From an uncultured Candidatus Saccharibacteria bacterium (GTDB taxonomy: Bacteria; Patescibacteriota; Doudnabacteria; UBA920): a DNA stretch of 64,000 nucleotides. Below, one piece after another: positions 1 to 8,958 of this stretch; position 1 is the first letter of the stretch, and every line of letters starts with the position of its first letter. The stretch covers positions 7,287 to 71,286 of the forward strand of contig CAYGEJ010000003.1 in assembly GCA_964348935.1 (NCBI GenBank), written 5' to 3'. The position numbers and the translations under genes are program-made. The notes below the pieces were generated by a model. The model was not told where the DNA came from. It did no database searches and worked only from the letters and a program-made list of their open reading frames with translations.

Positions 1-162
1 CATATCACCAGTTTTATAGTAATCACAATTATAATTTAGGGAGATAATTATCCACAAGATAAACCACTTTCTCCCACTTACAACCACTTTTTACCATTAC
101 CTAAGTATTATACTCCACAATTCACCAAAAGTCAATGCAGGTCCTTAGACACCCAAATAACA

Positions 163-188
163 AAATACCGCTTTTTTAAGCGGTATTT
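163..188. terminator. Intrinsic terminator hairpin AAATACCGC-TTTTTT-AAGCGGTATTT, 3' of the minus-strand gene ending at 281
   Basis: Perfect inverted repeat with U/A tracts on both sides, read from the sequence. Confidence 0.5.
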
Positions 189-280
189 GACATATTTTTT
201 AGTATTTATTTTTAACTATCCACAAACTTTAATCAAATTCGTTTTTTTGTCGAAAAATAATTTTAATTCACACATAAATA

Positions 281-769
281 TTAAATAAACGAACTAATTT
301 TATATGCAGCAACTCCAAAAGCCACTGAAACATTTAAACTTTCCTTCTTCCCCTTCATTGGTATTTCAACAACTTTGTCACATTGCCTCAAAAGCCCCAT
401 ATTAATACCCCCAACCTCTTCCCCAAGTACCAAAACCAAAGGAAATACTGGTTTAAATTTATTTATATTAATAGCTTTGGTATTATTTTCTAAACCCACA
501 ATGGTTATTTTTTTGTTTAGCGCTTTAAGTTTCTTAATCACTTTCCCAGCGGATTTGTCATATTCCCAAGGCACCCATTCGTCAGCACCAAGTGCCGATT
601 TAGATATCTTATTTTTATGCACAAGATTCGCTGGTGTCCCGGTATACCCGGTTAAATAAATTTTAGTTACTCCAAAAGCATCTGCGCTCCTGAATACTGA
701 GCCAACGTTATACAGGGAACGCATATTATGCGCTATTACAAAAAAATCTTTGGTTTTATTTTTTGCCAT
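281..769 (-). CDS. SpoU/TrmH-family RNA 2'-O-methyltransferase
   Basis: 162 aa. Has the LVLGEEVGGI motif and C-terminal SpoU-like motifs. Size is typical of the family. Confidence 0.6.
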   Translation of the reverse strand: MAKNKTKDFFVIAHNMRSLYNVGSVFRSADAFGVTKIYLTGYTGTPANLVHKNKISKSALGADEWVPWEYDKSAGKVIKKLKALNKKITIVGLENNTKAININKFKPVFPLVLVLGEEVGGINMGLLRQCDKVVEIPMKGKKESLNVSVAFGVAAYKISSFI

Positions 770-1274
770 TGTTTGTTTTAAAGAATAAGAAAATTAGAAC
801 ATAAGCAAGAATAAGTGCTGAATAATTTGTTACCATAAATACTGGGTGCCCCCAAGACATACCATGTGTAAACTTATAGCCGGATAAAGGAAATAAAAAA
901 GGAGTCTCATAAAAACCTTTATGAGTAGGGATATCTATAATTATATGGAGTAGCCAGCCAAACATTGGCCAATAAAACTTTCTATTACGAAAAGCGTACA
1001 CACTTAATGCCACTAGAGCAAAAATCACAGCGCTATGTGTAAAATTATAAGAATAAGCAGCAAACTTAAAAACCCACAAATCGCTATTAAAAGCACTTGG
1101 ACCAAACTGATTCCCGGAAAAAAGCATATAAAAAAAAGCTGGTGTAAAACCAACCAAATCTGGGATAACTCCAAAAAATACCGCAAATAAACGGTCTTTT
1201 ACTTGATTCTGATATTTTTTATAATAGACCACATTGGTCCACAACATGTGAGCAAATACATCCATTGGTTGCAC
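756..1274 (-). CDS. Integral membrane protein, possibly a YdjM/DUF457-like membrane-bound metal-dependent hydrolase
   Basis: 172 aa, multi-TM, with conserved His residues (HIIIDIPTH). Confidence 0.35.
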   Translation of the reverse strand: MQPMDVFAHMLWTNVVYYKKYQNQVKDRLFAVFFGVIPDLVGFTPAFFYMLFSGNQFGPSAFNSDLWVFKFAAYSYNFTHSAVIFALVALSVYAFRNRKFYWPMFGWLLHIIIDIPTHKGFYETPFLFPLSGYKFTHGMSWGHPVFMVTNYSALILAYVLIFLFFKTNNGKK

Positions 1275-1283
1275 TAATTACTT

Positions 1284-1703
1284 CTACGATAGCAAGTTTA
1301 AATTAAAATCCGGATTCATAACTCTTTGTGCCGCCCCTTCAATTTTTTTAAATGAAACCTCTACGGTCACAGAAACAATTAATCTAAAAACATGGCCACC
1401 AATTAAAGTAAAATCATTTCTACCAAATACTCCATGACAATGAATTATTGGCACCCCATCTTTTAACGAACCGTTTCCAATTAAAGACACGACTTCCATT
1501 TCTTCCATAAACGGTTTTTTTCTATAATCCTTAATGTGTGGGTTGAAAAATGCAAGCTCCACTTCAGAGCAAGCGCCCAATCCTTGAAATGAAGAAGTAA
1601 AAATAGCTTGCTCCTTCATAAAATTAGCAAGACCTGAAATTACATCATCGCCTTTATCAAAACGCAGGACAAAATTACTTCCGTCCTCAATAATAACTTT
1701 CAT
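1284..1703 (-). CDS. PPC/DUF296-domain protein (predicted DNA-binding)
   Basis: 139 aa with SLIGNGSL...HCHGVFG...GGHV pattern, characteristic of DUF296. Confidence 0.5.
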   Translation of the reverse strand: MKVIIEDGSNFVLRFDKGDDVISGLANFMKEQAIFTSSFQGLGACSEVELAFFNPHIKDYRKKPFMEEMEVVSLIGNGSLKDGVPIIHCHGVFGRNDFTLIGGHVFRLIVSVTVEVSFKKIEGAAQRVMNPDFNLNLLS

Positions 1704-1713
1704 ATATTATTTT

Positions 1714-2097
1714 TTAACCAAGCTTAACGCTACGAGCTAAAACATCTTTTACTTTTTGGATTATATCATCTACAGACTGATCGGACTTAAGTAAGTAATC
1801 CACAGCACCAGCCTCGACAATCTTACTTATAGTTTCAACATCGCCAATATTAGTCAAAACAATAACTGGTATCTTTGCTGTAGCTGGATTGGCTTTAAGT
1901 TCCCATAAAACTGAAATACCATCTAATTTTGGCATCATTATGTCTAACAATATTAAATCAGGAATTATTTCCTTGGCCTTGGTTACGGCTTCTTCTCCAT
2001 CGTAAGCAGGAGTTGCTTCGTAGCCGGCTGTCTTTAAAGCGTCGCAGAGAGAATTTGAAATAAGTTTATCATCTTCTGCAGCAAGTATTTTAACCAT
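1714..2097 (-). CDS. Stand-alone response regulator receiver domain (CheY-like)
   Basis: 127 aa. LLDIMMPKLDG phospho-acceptor Asp region and conserved Lys near the C-terminus. Confidence 0.75.
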   Translation of the reverse strand: MVKILAAEDDKLISNSLCDALKTAGYEATPAYDGEEAVTKAKEIIPDLILLDIMMPKLDGISVLWELKANPATAKIPVIVLTNIGDVETISKIVEAGAVDYLLKSDQSVDDIIQKVKDVLARSVKLG

Positions 2098-2200
2098 AAT
2101 AAATATATTAATTATTTTAATAATCTCTCATTTCTATGAGGATTATCTCTTAAATTTATTATAACACTTAACAAATAAACAACCAAATTCTCCTTGATTA

Positions 2201-3868
2201 TTAAGGCTTAATTGGTATAGAGAAGCAAAAAATACTTCCCAAGCCTTCGCCTGCGCTTTCTGCCCAAATTTTACCGCCAGACGCCTCAATAATCCCTTTA
2301 CTAACCACAAGTCCTAAACCTGTTCCTTTCTTACTTCTGTCTCCGGTTTTCAACTGTTTAAACTTACTAAATAAGTCAGCTAAATCCTCTCTAGATACTC
2401 CAATTCCACTATCTTTAACCGAGACTACCGCACGCTTTTCTTCCAGTTCTACATTAAAATTTATGTCAATTTGTCCGGAGTCGGTATACTTAATCGCATT
2501 ACTTATTAAATTTCCCAAAACTTGTCCTATTCTAACCCGATCGAATTTAAGCTTATATTTCTCAGGAGCTAATACATTTATAGTTAAGTGTTTAACTTCT
2601 GCTTGCGGTCTAAATACTTTAGCTTGTTCATTTATCAACTCAATAATATCGTACTCCTGAATATTTAGTTCAAATTTTCCTGCTTCAATTTTGGCAACGT
2701 CCAATAAATCATTAACCAATTCCAGCATATTATTAGAAGCGGTTTCTATTGTTATCATTGTATCCTTCACCTTAGCCGCGTCCACACCAGAAGCAACACT
2801 AACATTCTTCAGTAAGCTTTCAGAAGACCACCGCACTGCGGTTAAAGGAGCGCGAAGTTCATGAACCATCATTGCTGTAAATTCTTGCCTAAGTTTTTCT
2901 AAAGATTTTTCAGTAGTTATATCGTGGAAGAGCACACTTGCGGCAATTATTTGCCCCAAACTGTCTTTAACTGGAGAAATTGACACTTCCAATGCTTTAT
3001 CTTTCAACACAACCTCAGGCAGAGTTATAACTTTAGCTTCGGAAATCGCTTGTTCAATTTTGGTCCGAATATCAAGCTTGCCGGCCAAACTATCCACCAC
3101 GTCATACATATTTAAACGCTTATCTGTGACAATTCCAAGAATATTTTTAACTACCGGATTATATACTGTAATTTGGTTTGCTAAGTCTACTGTAATAACC
3201 CCGTCAGTTAAAGAATATATAACAGCTTCTAATTTACCTTTTTCACTTTCTAAAACTTCCTGCAACTTCGATACTGCAGTAGCAGCCTGGTTTGTAATAG
3301 CATATAAAATAGAAGCCTGCTCTTCACCATACCTACCCTTTTCGCTGGATGCCACATTAATAATTCCAACTAATTTTTGTGAAATAACTACAGGTAGGTT
3401 AAAAAAAGACTCAACACCAACTCTTAAATTATCATCTAAAATATTCCCTGTTACACTTTCATCCAAACCTTTTGGGGTTACCGGTTTATCTAAAATCGCC
3501 TCAAAAGACATTAGCATCTTATGCTTCACTTCTTCAATAAAACTATGATTAACGGTTTTCTCTACATGACACTTAAAAAGGACCTGTCCATCTTCACCTA
3601 ATACCATATAAGAAACTGTATCGTATGCCAATAAATTACCCAAGCTACTGGTAATAATATCTACAATTTTAGAAGTATCCAAAGAATAACCAATACGTTC
3701 ACTAATTTCCTTTAAAACCTGCGCCTGATAAACTTTTTGTTGTAATTCTAAGGATTGCCCAGCTTCTGCTTTTAAGAATTTTCTCTCTCTAAGCGAAGCA
3801 TAGATATACGCGCTGACAACTATTGCCAGCATAATAAAATCTATTACGAGTAATATATTAATTATCAT
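2201..3868 (-). CDS. Sensor histidine kinase (N-terminal TM, GAF/PAS-like sensory region, HisKA + HATPase_c)
   Basis: 555 aa. H-box HELRAPLTAV, N-box NLISNAIKYT, G-boxes DSGIGV and GTGLGL. Confidence 0.8.
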   Translation of the reverse strand: MIINILLVIDFIMLAIVVSAYIYASLRERKFLKAEAGQSLELQQKVYQAQVLKEISERIGYSLDTSKIVDIITSSLGNLLAYDTVSYMVLGEDGQVLFKCHVEKTVNHSFIEEVKHKMLMSFEAILDKPVTPKGLDESVTGNILDDNLRVGVESFFNLPVVISQKLVGIINVASSEKGRYGEEQASILYAITNQAATAVSKLQEVLESEKGKLEAVIYSLTDGVITVDLANQITVYNPVVKNILGIVTDKRLNMYDVVDSLAGKLDIRTKIEQAISEAKVITLPEVVLKDKALEVSISPVKDSLGQIIAASVLFHDITTEKSLEKLRQEFTAMMVHELRAPLTAVRWSSESLLKNVSVASGVDAAKVKDTMITIETASNNMLELVNDLLDVAKIEAGKFELNIQEYDIIELINEQAKVFRPQAEVKHLTINVLAPEKYKLKFDRVRIGQVLGNLISNAIKYTDSGQIDINFNVELEEKRAVVSVKDSGIGVSREDLADLFSKFKQLKTGDRSKKGTGLGLVVSKGIIEASGGKIWAESAGEGLGSIFCFSIPIKP

Positions 3869-3915
3869 TTTTGTTTCTATTTGATTCTAAGTCCCTAAAT
3901 ATTTTTTGTGCCTGA

Positions 3916-4185
3916 TTATTGTAAATTTTTTACTTCTGGATATTTTTCCAGTAAAGAATTTAAAGTCATTTGAGCAATTTGACCGGAAAGGTTCATATAT
4001 TCATTCGCCACACCTTTTAAAACCATTTGTAAGTCACCAGAAACTTCAACAACGCTCCCGTCGTCACCAATTTTCAAACCTGCAACTTTTCTGGCTTTAT
4101 CCAAAGCAATATTAGGTCCTAGTACAACCATTTGTTTTTGAATTAAGTCAGTTAACATTTTTTTGTATTCGCCTTGATCCGGCAT
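3916..4185 (-). CDS. Hypothetical small protein
   Basis: 89-aa ORF on the same strand as its neighbours, with no recognisable motif. Confidence 0.3.
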   Translation of the reverse strand: MPDQGEYKKMLTDLIQKQMVVLGPNIALDKARKVAGLKIGDDGSVVEVSGDLQMVLKGVANEYMNLSGQIAQMTLNSLLEKYPEVKNLQ

Positions 4186-4248
4186 ATTTTTCTTGCTCCT
4201 TAAAATAAGTTTTTGTATAATTAATTATACCATATTTTAATTTAATCT

Positions 4249-4277
4249 AAAAGCCCACCAAATTATGGTGGGCTTTT
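4249..4277 (-). terminator. Intrinsic terminator AAAAGCCCACC-AAATTA-TGGTGGGCTTTT, 3' of the giant surface-protein gene
   Basis: Perfect 10-bp stem with flanking A/T tracts. Confidence 0.6.
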
Positions 4278-4294
4278 ATCGAGCTAAATTTACC

Positions 4295-7200
4295 TTAAGG
4301 AATTTCAATAATTATTGGTACGCCTTTTCCAGTGTTAAACAAGATTAAAGGGGTGGAGCTAATTGGAGTAGTGGCCGCAACTCCAGCGCTTCTATTATAA
4401 CCAATTATGAACGAGTTTTGGAATCTGGCGGTAGACTGTGTGTATCCGGTTGGTATTGCTAATTGAGCTTCAAAAGTTAAAGCTCTTCTTAGTCCACTTG
4501 GGACATTATTTGCTGTTCCGGTAAGATTAAATACCAAAGTCTGGTTTGGAACCGTTCCAAATGCACAATATCGATTATTACCACTAGGCGTACAAGAACT
4601 ACCAGCAACTGCTCCGTCGTAAGTTAACTTTATTCCATTATAATAGGCGTTAAAGTCGGACTTGGTTGAAGGTTTCACCAAATTTGTTAAGGTATCCCTG
4701 ATAGTAATATTGGAAGAAGTTCCAGTACCACCGTCATTACACAAGTTAATTTGGAAAGTTACCACGTCGTTAAGTTTCAAATTAACCCCACCTGATAACG
4801 GATCTGTGCCTCCACAATTATTACTAGAGTATGCTGTTCCATTTATTCCAATAATATCTTTATCGGAAGTATTTAAGTTACCTGAGCCACAAGCTAAAAC
4901 CGCAGTCGGATTAAGGTTAGCTCCGCTATTTGGCGCAACTTTGGCTGTCTCAACTCCGCCAACTACAGCAGAAACCCAATAGTAATAAATACCTGCAGAA
5001 ACTGAATTTGTCCAAGTTAATGAAGTTAAACCACTCTGTACTAAATCTCCAGCTACCGGCGCTGACCCGGTGGTATTTCTGTAGACGTTGTATGAGGTCG
5101 CACTCGATACTGCAGACCAATTTATAGTCATTTGTGCGCAGGTTGAATTATCCAAAGAAACAGTGGTTGGACCTGGACCCCCAGATGGTGCGGTAACCGT
5201 GTAGGTAACTGTTAAAGTTCGACTGGTTGGATTCGAAGCTGGATCAGTTACAGTAATTATACAAGTATGAGTACCTACACCTACCGTACTTGGGCTATCC
5301 ACAGTAATTGCAACAGGTGTATATTGACCGACCGGAGATGAAGGCACAGCTCCAGTAACTGCAGGACCGGCATTATTAACTCCATTTACCCTACACCAGC
5401 TTTGGTTGCTAATTTCAGAATGCCAGACATCCGCACTACCAGTACTAGTAATTTGCAAAATTTGCTGGGAAGGAGCTGGAGAACCCGTTACTCCACTGAA
5501 AGACATTGTAGTTGGATTAAGCACAAATGAAGCCTGTGGTGCAGCGGTAACATCAACCGTGTCAACAACATTGCTTTGAGCGCAGACATTTGAACCAGTT
5601 CCTGCATTTAAGCTACAGGTAACTGTTTGAGTTCCGACTGTTGCCCCAGCAGTACAGTTAAACACTGCGGTGGTTTTATCATAAGAAGCCCATGTACAAG
5701 TACCACCACCTGTGACACTTGCGGTAATAGCATCTATACCGCTGCTGTCGTAATCACAGCGTGTAGTAAACGCCCCTCCTGCGGTAACTGAGGATGGAGA
5801 AACACTGCTTCTGGTAGGATCCGGGTTGTAATGCAAAGGTTCGCAAACCGGACCACCTCCGGAAGCAGTGCAATAATAATGGATAGTTCCGTCCGAGTTT
5901 CTCTTGGTTTGCCATGTTCTATTATTTACATCTGTCCACCTAAAAGGCTGCCCCCATGACTTTGGCGAAACACCTAAGTTTGTCCATGTAATATCTGGTG
6001 CTGGTGGTACCCATCCTGTGTTGGTATTCCATTTCAAATAAGTATTATTGTCTGTACCATAGTGGTAAACACCCCAGGCTGCAGGCGTATCTGTAAATGG
6101 CGGGTAATTTGTTATACCATTTAGGAAATCATAAGAGGAATTCCAGACACAAGGATTACCTAGAGAATAATTACAAGATTGATAGTGTATATTATTTCCC
6201 CAACCCCTTACAACCACAGCGTTTGCCCAATTATTTTGAATATTAGGTGTATTTGGCAAATAAATTCCAACCGGCTGGCTTGGAGTAGAACCACCACCAG
6301 GAATCTCTCTCCAGGTACTGTCACAAATAGCTTGATAGGGATTTACAACAATATTCCTTGTAAAACTGTCATTGTTGGAAGTACTTCCACCCCCAAAACA
6401 AACTATTGAATGAGTATCAGAGGCGGTTACACCTCCCAAAGGAGCGCTTCCATTTGCAGGCCAAGTAGTACCCAAAGAAGTAGCACCTCTAAATATTTCA
6501 CAATTTGTAGCATTGGTAGATGTCCAGACAAGCCCGCCTGTACTATTAGCAACAACATTTATTGGTCCGTCTACTGGTGCGCTTTGAGGCACGGAATCTC
6601 CCCAACCTTTAATGTCTACAACGGGAGCAGGTGCAACATTATAATTAATTCCTGCATCTTGGGGGTTATTAGTTGCGTTGGAGTCTGAAATACGAATTCC
6701 GCAGTCGCTATGCGGACCCACACCCACTATATTTGGAGCGCTTACTGTAACTGTTACATTTTGCGAAGTCCCGGCAGGAACAGTACCAGAAACTGCGCTT
6801 AAATTACACCAAGTAGCAGCACCATTCCTACTAAAAGTCCAGTTTAAAGACGAGCTACCGGTATTGGCTATATTTAAAGTTTGACCTGCAGGAGCTGTAC
6901 CACCGAAAATTCCGTTGAATGTCAAGTTTGTTGGCGAAAGTACTATTGTAGGCTTAAGAATATTACGAGTAAAGCTATCGGTATTAGAGGTTAACCCAGT
7001 AGAGCCTGTACAAACTATAGAATGCGTGTCTGACGAACTTACACCTCCCAAAGGAGCACTTCCATTTGCAGGCCAAGTAGTGCCCAAAGAAGTAGCACCT
7101 CTAAATATTTCACAACTTGAGGCATTGGACGTCCATATCAGACCTCCGGAAGTCATAGGATTAACATTAATTGGTCCGTCTACTGGTGCGCTTTGAGGCA

Positions 7201-8752
7201 CAGAATCTCCCCAACCTTTAATGTCTACAATAGGGGCGCCTACAATATTACGAGTAAAGCTATCGGTATTAGAGGTTAACCCAGTAGAGCCTGTACAAAC
7301 TATAGAATGCGTGTCTGACGAACTTACACCTCCCAAAGGAGCACTTCCATTTGCAGGCCAAGTAGTGCCCAAAGAAGTAGCACCTCTAAATATTTCACAA
7401 CTTGAGGCATTGGACGTCCATATCAGACCTCCGGAAGTCATAGGATTAACATTAATTGGTCCGTCTACTGGTGCGCTTTGAGGCACAGAATCTCCCCAAC
7501 CTTTAATGTCTACAATAGGAGGACATGCAGAAAGAGCAACTGGAGCACTTGCTCGAGTTGCAGAAAAGTTTCCAGAGGGGTTATGTAAGGAGTCTACCCA
7601 ATAATAATAAGTAGCTCCCGTAGGAGGATTGTCTACAAAACTTGTTACGTTTCCAACAACAGCAAAGGGCGTTGCAGGCTGCGCATTAGTAGTATGTCTA
7701 TAAAGCCTATAAGCATTTGCGTCCTGACCAGTGCCCCAAGTTAAAGTAATAGTTCTACTTGGGCAAATCCCTGTTATTGTATTTAAAAATGCAGGAACAC
7801 CTGTAATAACACGTAAAACCGGGTAAACAGTTGCGGTAGGCCCGGCGGCATAACCAACCCCAGTAACCGTAATTGAATAGTTACCAACACCAAGACCTGA
7901 AGTATTATTAACGGTTAGGGTGGCGGTATCATGTCCAAATGTAGTTGGGTCAACTACATTTGGCTCTGGGTCGCCATCTGAATCATAACTTGTTAGGGTT
8001 GGAGTAATAGTACAGTTTGCTCCCGCAGGACATACTGCCGACAAAGTTACCTTATTATAAAATCCTCCAAGCATTCGTACAGTTAAAAAATAAGATGTAC
8101 TACCGCCTCTTGTAATTGTTCTTGAAGAAGGGTCAACTATTATTTGAATACCGGGAACTACAACTGGAGGACAATCGCTTGAACAGTTGGCATTATTTTC
8201 TCCGGAAGAACAATAGGAATCACCACAGTATGGACCAACACCACTAGTGGTACTGCAAGTAGGATCTACCGGTTGGCAACTTCCCGGCGAACCAGCAGAC
8301 AAATCACAGAAAGTGTCACAAACAATGCTAGGAGGATGTGGACAATCTGCATTAGTTGAACAACCGCTTACAGGGGCAGAAGAGCAGGTATTTTCCTGTA
8401 AGGTTTTTGCACAAACCGCTCCTGGAGCAGACTGGGTTCCAGTAAAAACGCCCGTTACATCATCGTAACAATTCAACGATGCTATTGCATATGAGTAGCT
8501 GCAAGACTCGCATGTAGAATAAATTTGCTGTCCTGCGGGAGTAAAAGTGCAAACACCAGTTAGCTCTCTGGTACTAGCATTAGGATCAGGACCAGAACCA
8601 CAACCTGTAGGGAGCCCTGAAATACAGTATGCATTTACTTGAAAAACATAAAAAAAAGAAAAAATAAATAAAAATACAACTAGAAATTTAAAATTAAATA
8701 TATAATTATTTAAGAATAAAAAACTGCTTCTTATTAAATTTTTAAAATTCAT
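4295..8752 (-). CDS. Giant secreted/cell-surface protein: signal peptide, Cys-rich N-terminal region, then Thr/Ser/Gly-rich beta-domain repeats (Fn3/Ig-like)
   Basis: 1485 aa. N-terminal hydrophobic segment ends ...QVNA. More than 40 Cys fall in the first 200 residues. A 95-aa module occurs 3 times. Confidence 0.7.
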   Translation of the reverse strand: MNFKNLIRSSFLFLNNYIFNFKFLVVFLFIFSFFYVFQVNAYCISGLPTGCGSGPDPNASTRELTGVCTFTPAGQQIYSTCESCSYSYAIASLNCYDDVTGVFTGTQSAPGAVCAKTLQENTCSSAPVSGCSTNADCPHPPSIVCDTFCDLSAGSPGSCQPVDPTCSTTSGVGPYCGDSYCSSGENNANCSSDCPPVVVPGIQIIVDPSSRTITRGGSTSYFLTVRMLGGFYNKVTLSAVCPAGANCTITPTLTSYDSDGDPEPNVVDPTTFGHDTATLTVNNTSGLGVGNYSITVTGVGYAAGPTATVYPVLRVITGVPAFLNTITGICPSRTITLTWGTGQDANAYRLYRHTTNAQPATPFAVVGNVTSFVDNPPTGATYYYWVDSLHNPSGNFSATRASAPVALSACPPIVDIKGWGDSVPQSAPVDGPINVNPMTSGGLIWTSNASSCEIFRGATSLGTTWPANGSAPLGGVSSSDTHSIVCTGSTGLTSNTDSFTRNIVGAPIVDIKGWGDSVPQSAPVDGPINVNPMTSGGLIWTSNASSCEIFRGATSLGTTWPANGSAPLGGVSSSDTHSIVCTGSTGLTSNTDSFTRNILKPTIVLSPTNLTFNGIFGGTAPAGQTLNIANTGSSSLNWTFSRNGAATWCNLSAVSGTVPAGTSQNVTVTVSAPNIVGVGPHSDCGIRISDSNATNNPQDAGINYNVAPAPVVDIKGWGDSVPQSAPVDGPINVVANSTGGLVWTSTNATNCEIFRGATSLGTTWPANGSAPLGGVTASDTHSIVCFGGGSTSNNDSFTRNIVVNPYQAICDSTWREIPGGGSTPSQPVGIYLPNTPNIQNNWANAVVVRGWGNNIHYQSCNYSLGNPCVWNSSYDFLNGITNYPPFTDTPAAWGVYHYGTDNNTYLKWNTNTGWVPPAPDITWTNLGVSPKSWGQPFRWTDVNNRTWQTKRNSDGTIHYYCTASGGGPVCEPLHYNPDPTRSSVSPSSVTAGGAFTTRCDYDSSGIDAITASVTGGGTCTWASYDKTTAVFNCTAGATVGTQTVTCSLNAGTGSNVCAQSNVVDTVDVTAAPQASFVLNPTTMSFSGVTGSPAPSQQILQITSTGSADVWHSEISNQSWCRVNGVNNAGPAVTGAVPSSPVGQYTPVAITVDSPSTVGVGTHTCIITVTDPASNPTSRTLTVTYTVTAPSGGPGPTTVSLDNSTCAQMTINWSAVSSATSYNVYRNTTGSAPVAGDLVQSGLTSLTWTNSVSAGIYYYWVSAVVGGVETAKVAPNSGANLNPTAVLACGSGNLNTSDKDIIGINGTAYSSNNCGGTDPLSGGVNLKLNDVVTFQINLCNDGGTGTSSNITIRDTLTNLVKPSTKSDFNAYYNGIKLTYDGAVAGSSCTPSGNNRYCAFGTVPNQTLVFNLTGTANNVPSGLRRALTFEAQLAIPTGYTQSTARFQNSFIIGYNRSAGVAATTPISSTPLILFNTGKGVPIIIEIP
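6959..7528. repeat. Two perfect tandem copies of a 285-bp unit (95 aa) inside the giant gene; a diverged third copy lies at roughly 6390-6690
   Basis: Identical text from 6959 and from 7244. The overlapping plus-strand ORFs 6915..7196 and 7221..7481 translate identically. Confidence 0.85.
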
Positions 8753-8881
8753 ATTTTTATTTCAATTATACTTATTTTTTATATAATAATATTATAACAC
8801 ATTTTTTAACAGTACATAAGTAAACACAAGTTGATAACTTTACTAATTATAAAAAATACATTAGCCGATAAATTTAAAGCT

Positions 8882-8915
8882 TTGTCAACTTGCTTTTTTA
8901 GTCATTTTATGTAAT
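8882..8915 (+). promoter_or_regulatory. Candidate sigma70-type promoter in AT-rich DNA upstream of the TIG-like gene
   Basis: TTGTCA / TTGCTT -35-like elements are spaced from a TAATAAT -10-like element. This is a weak call. Confidence 0.3.
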
Positions 8916-8958
8916 AATCTTGGTAGATCCTTACCAAGTCCAAGGAGGACTTGAAGCG

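Noticed and set aside
375-659. Plus-strand 94-aa ORF overlapping the SpoU methyltransferase gene
   Set aside because: It is antisense to a gene with clear family motifs and has no Shine-Dalgarno.
3060-3548. 162-aa plus-strand ORF inside the histidine kinase gene
   Set aside because: It is antisense to a kinase with all signature boxes.
6390-7528. Possible diversity-generating retroelement template/variable repeat pair within the giant surface-protein gene
   Set aside because: Copies A and B are 100% identical. The diverged third copy differs by mixed substitution types, not adenine-specific changes. No reverse transcriptase gene is in the window.
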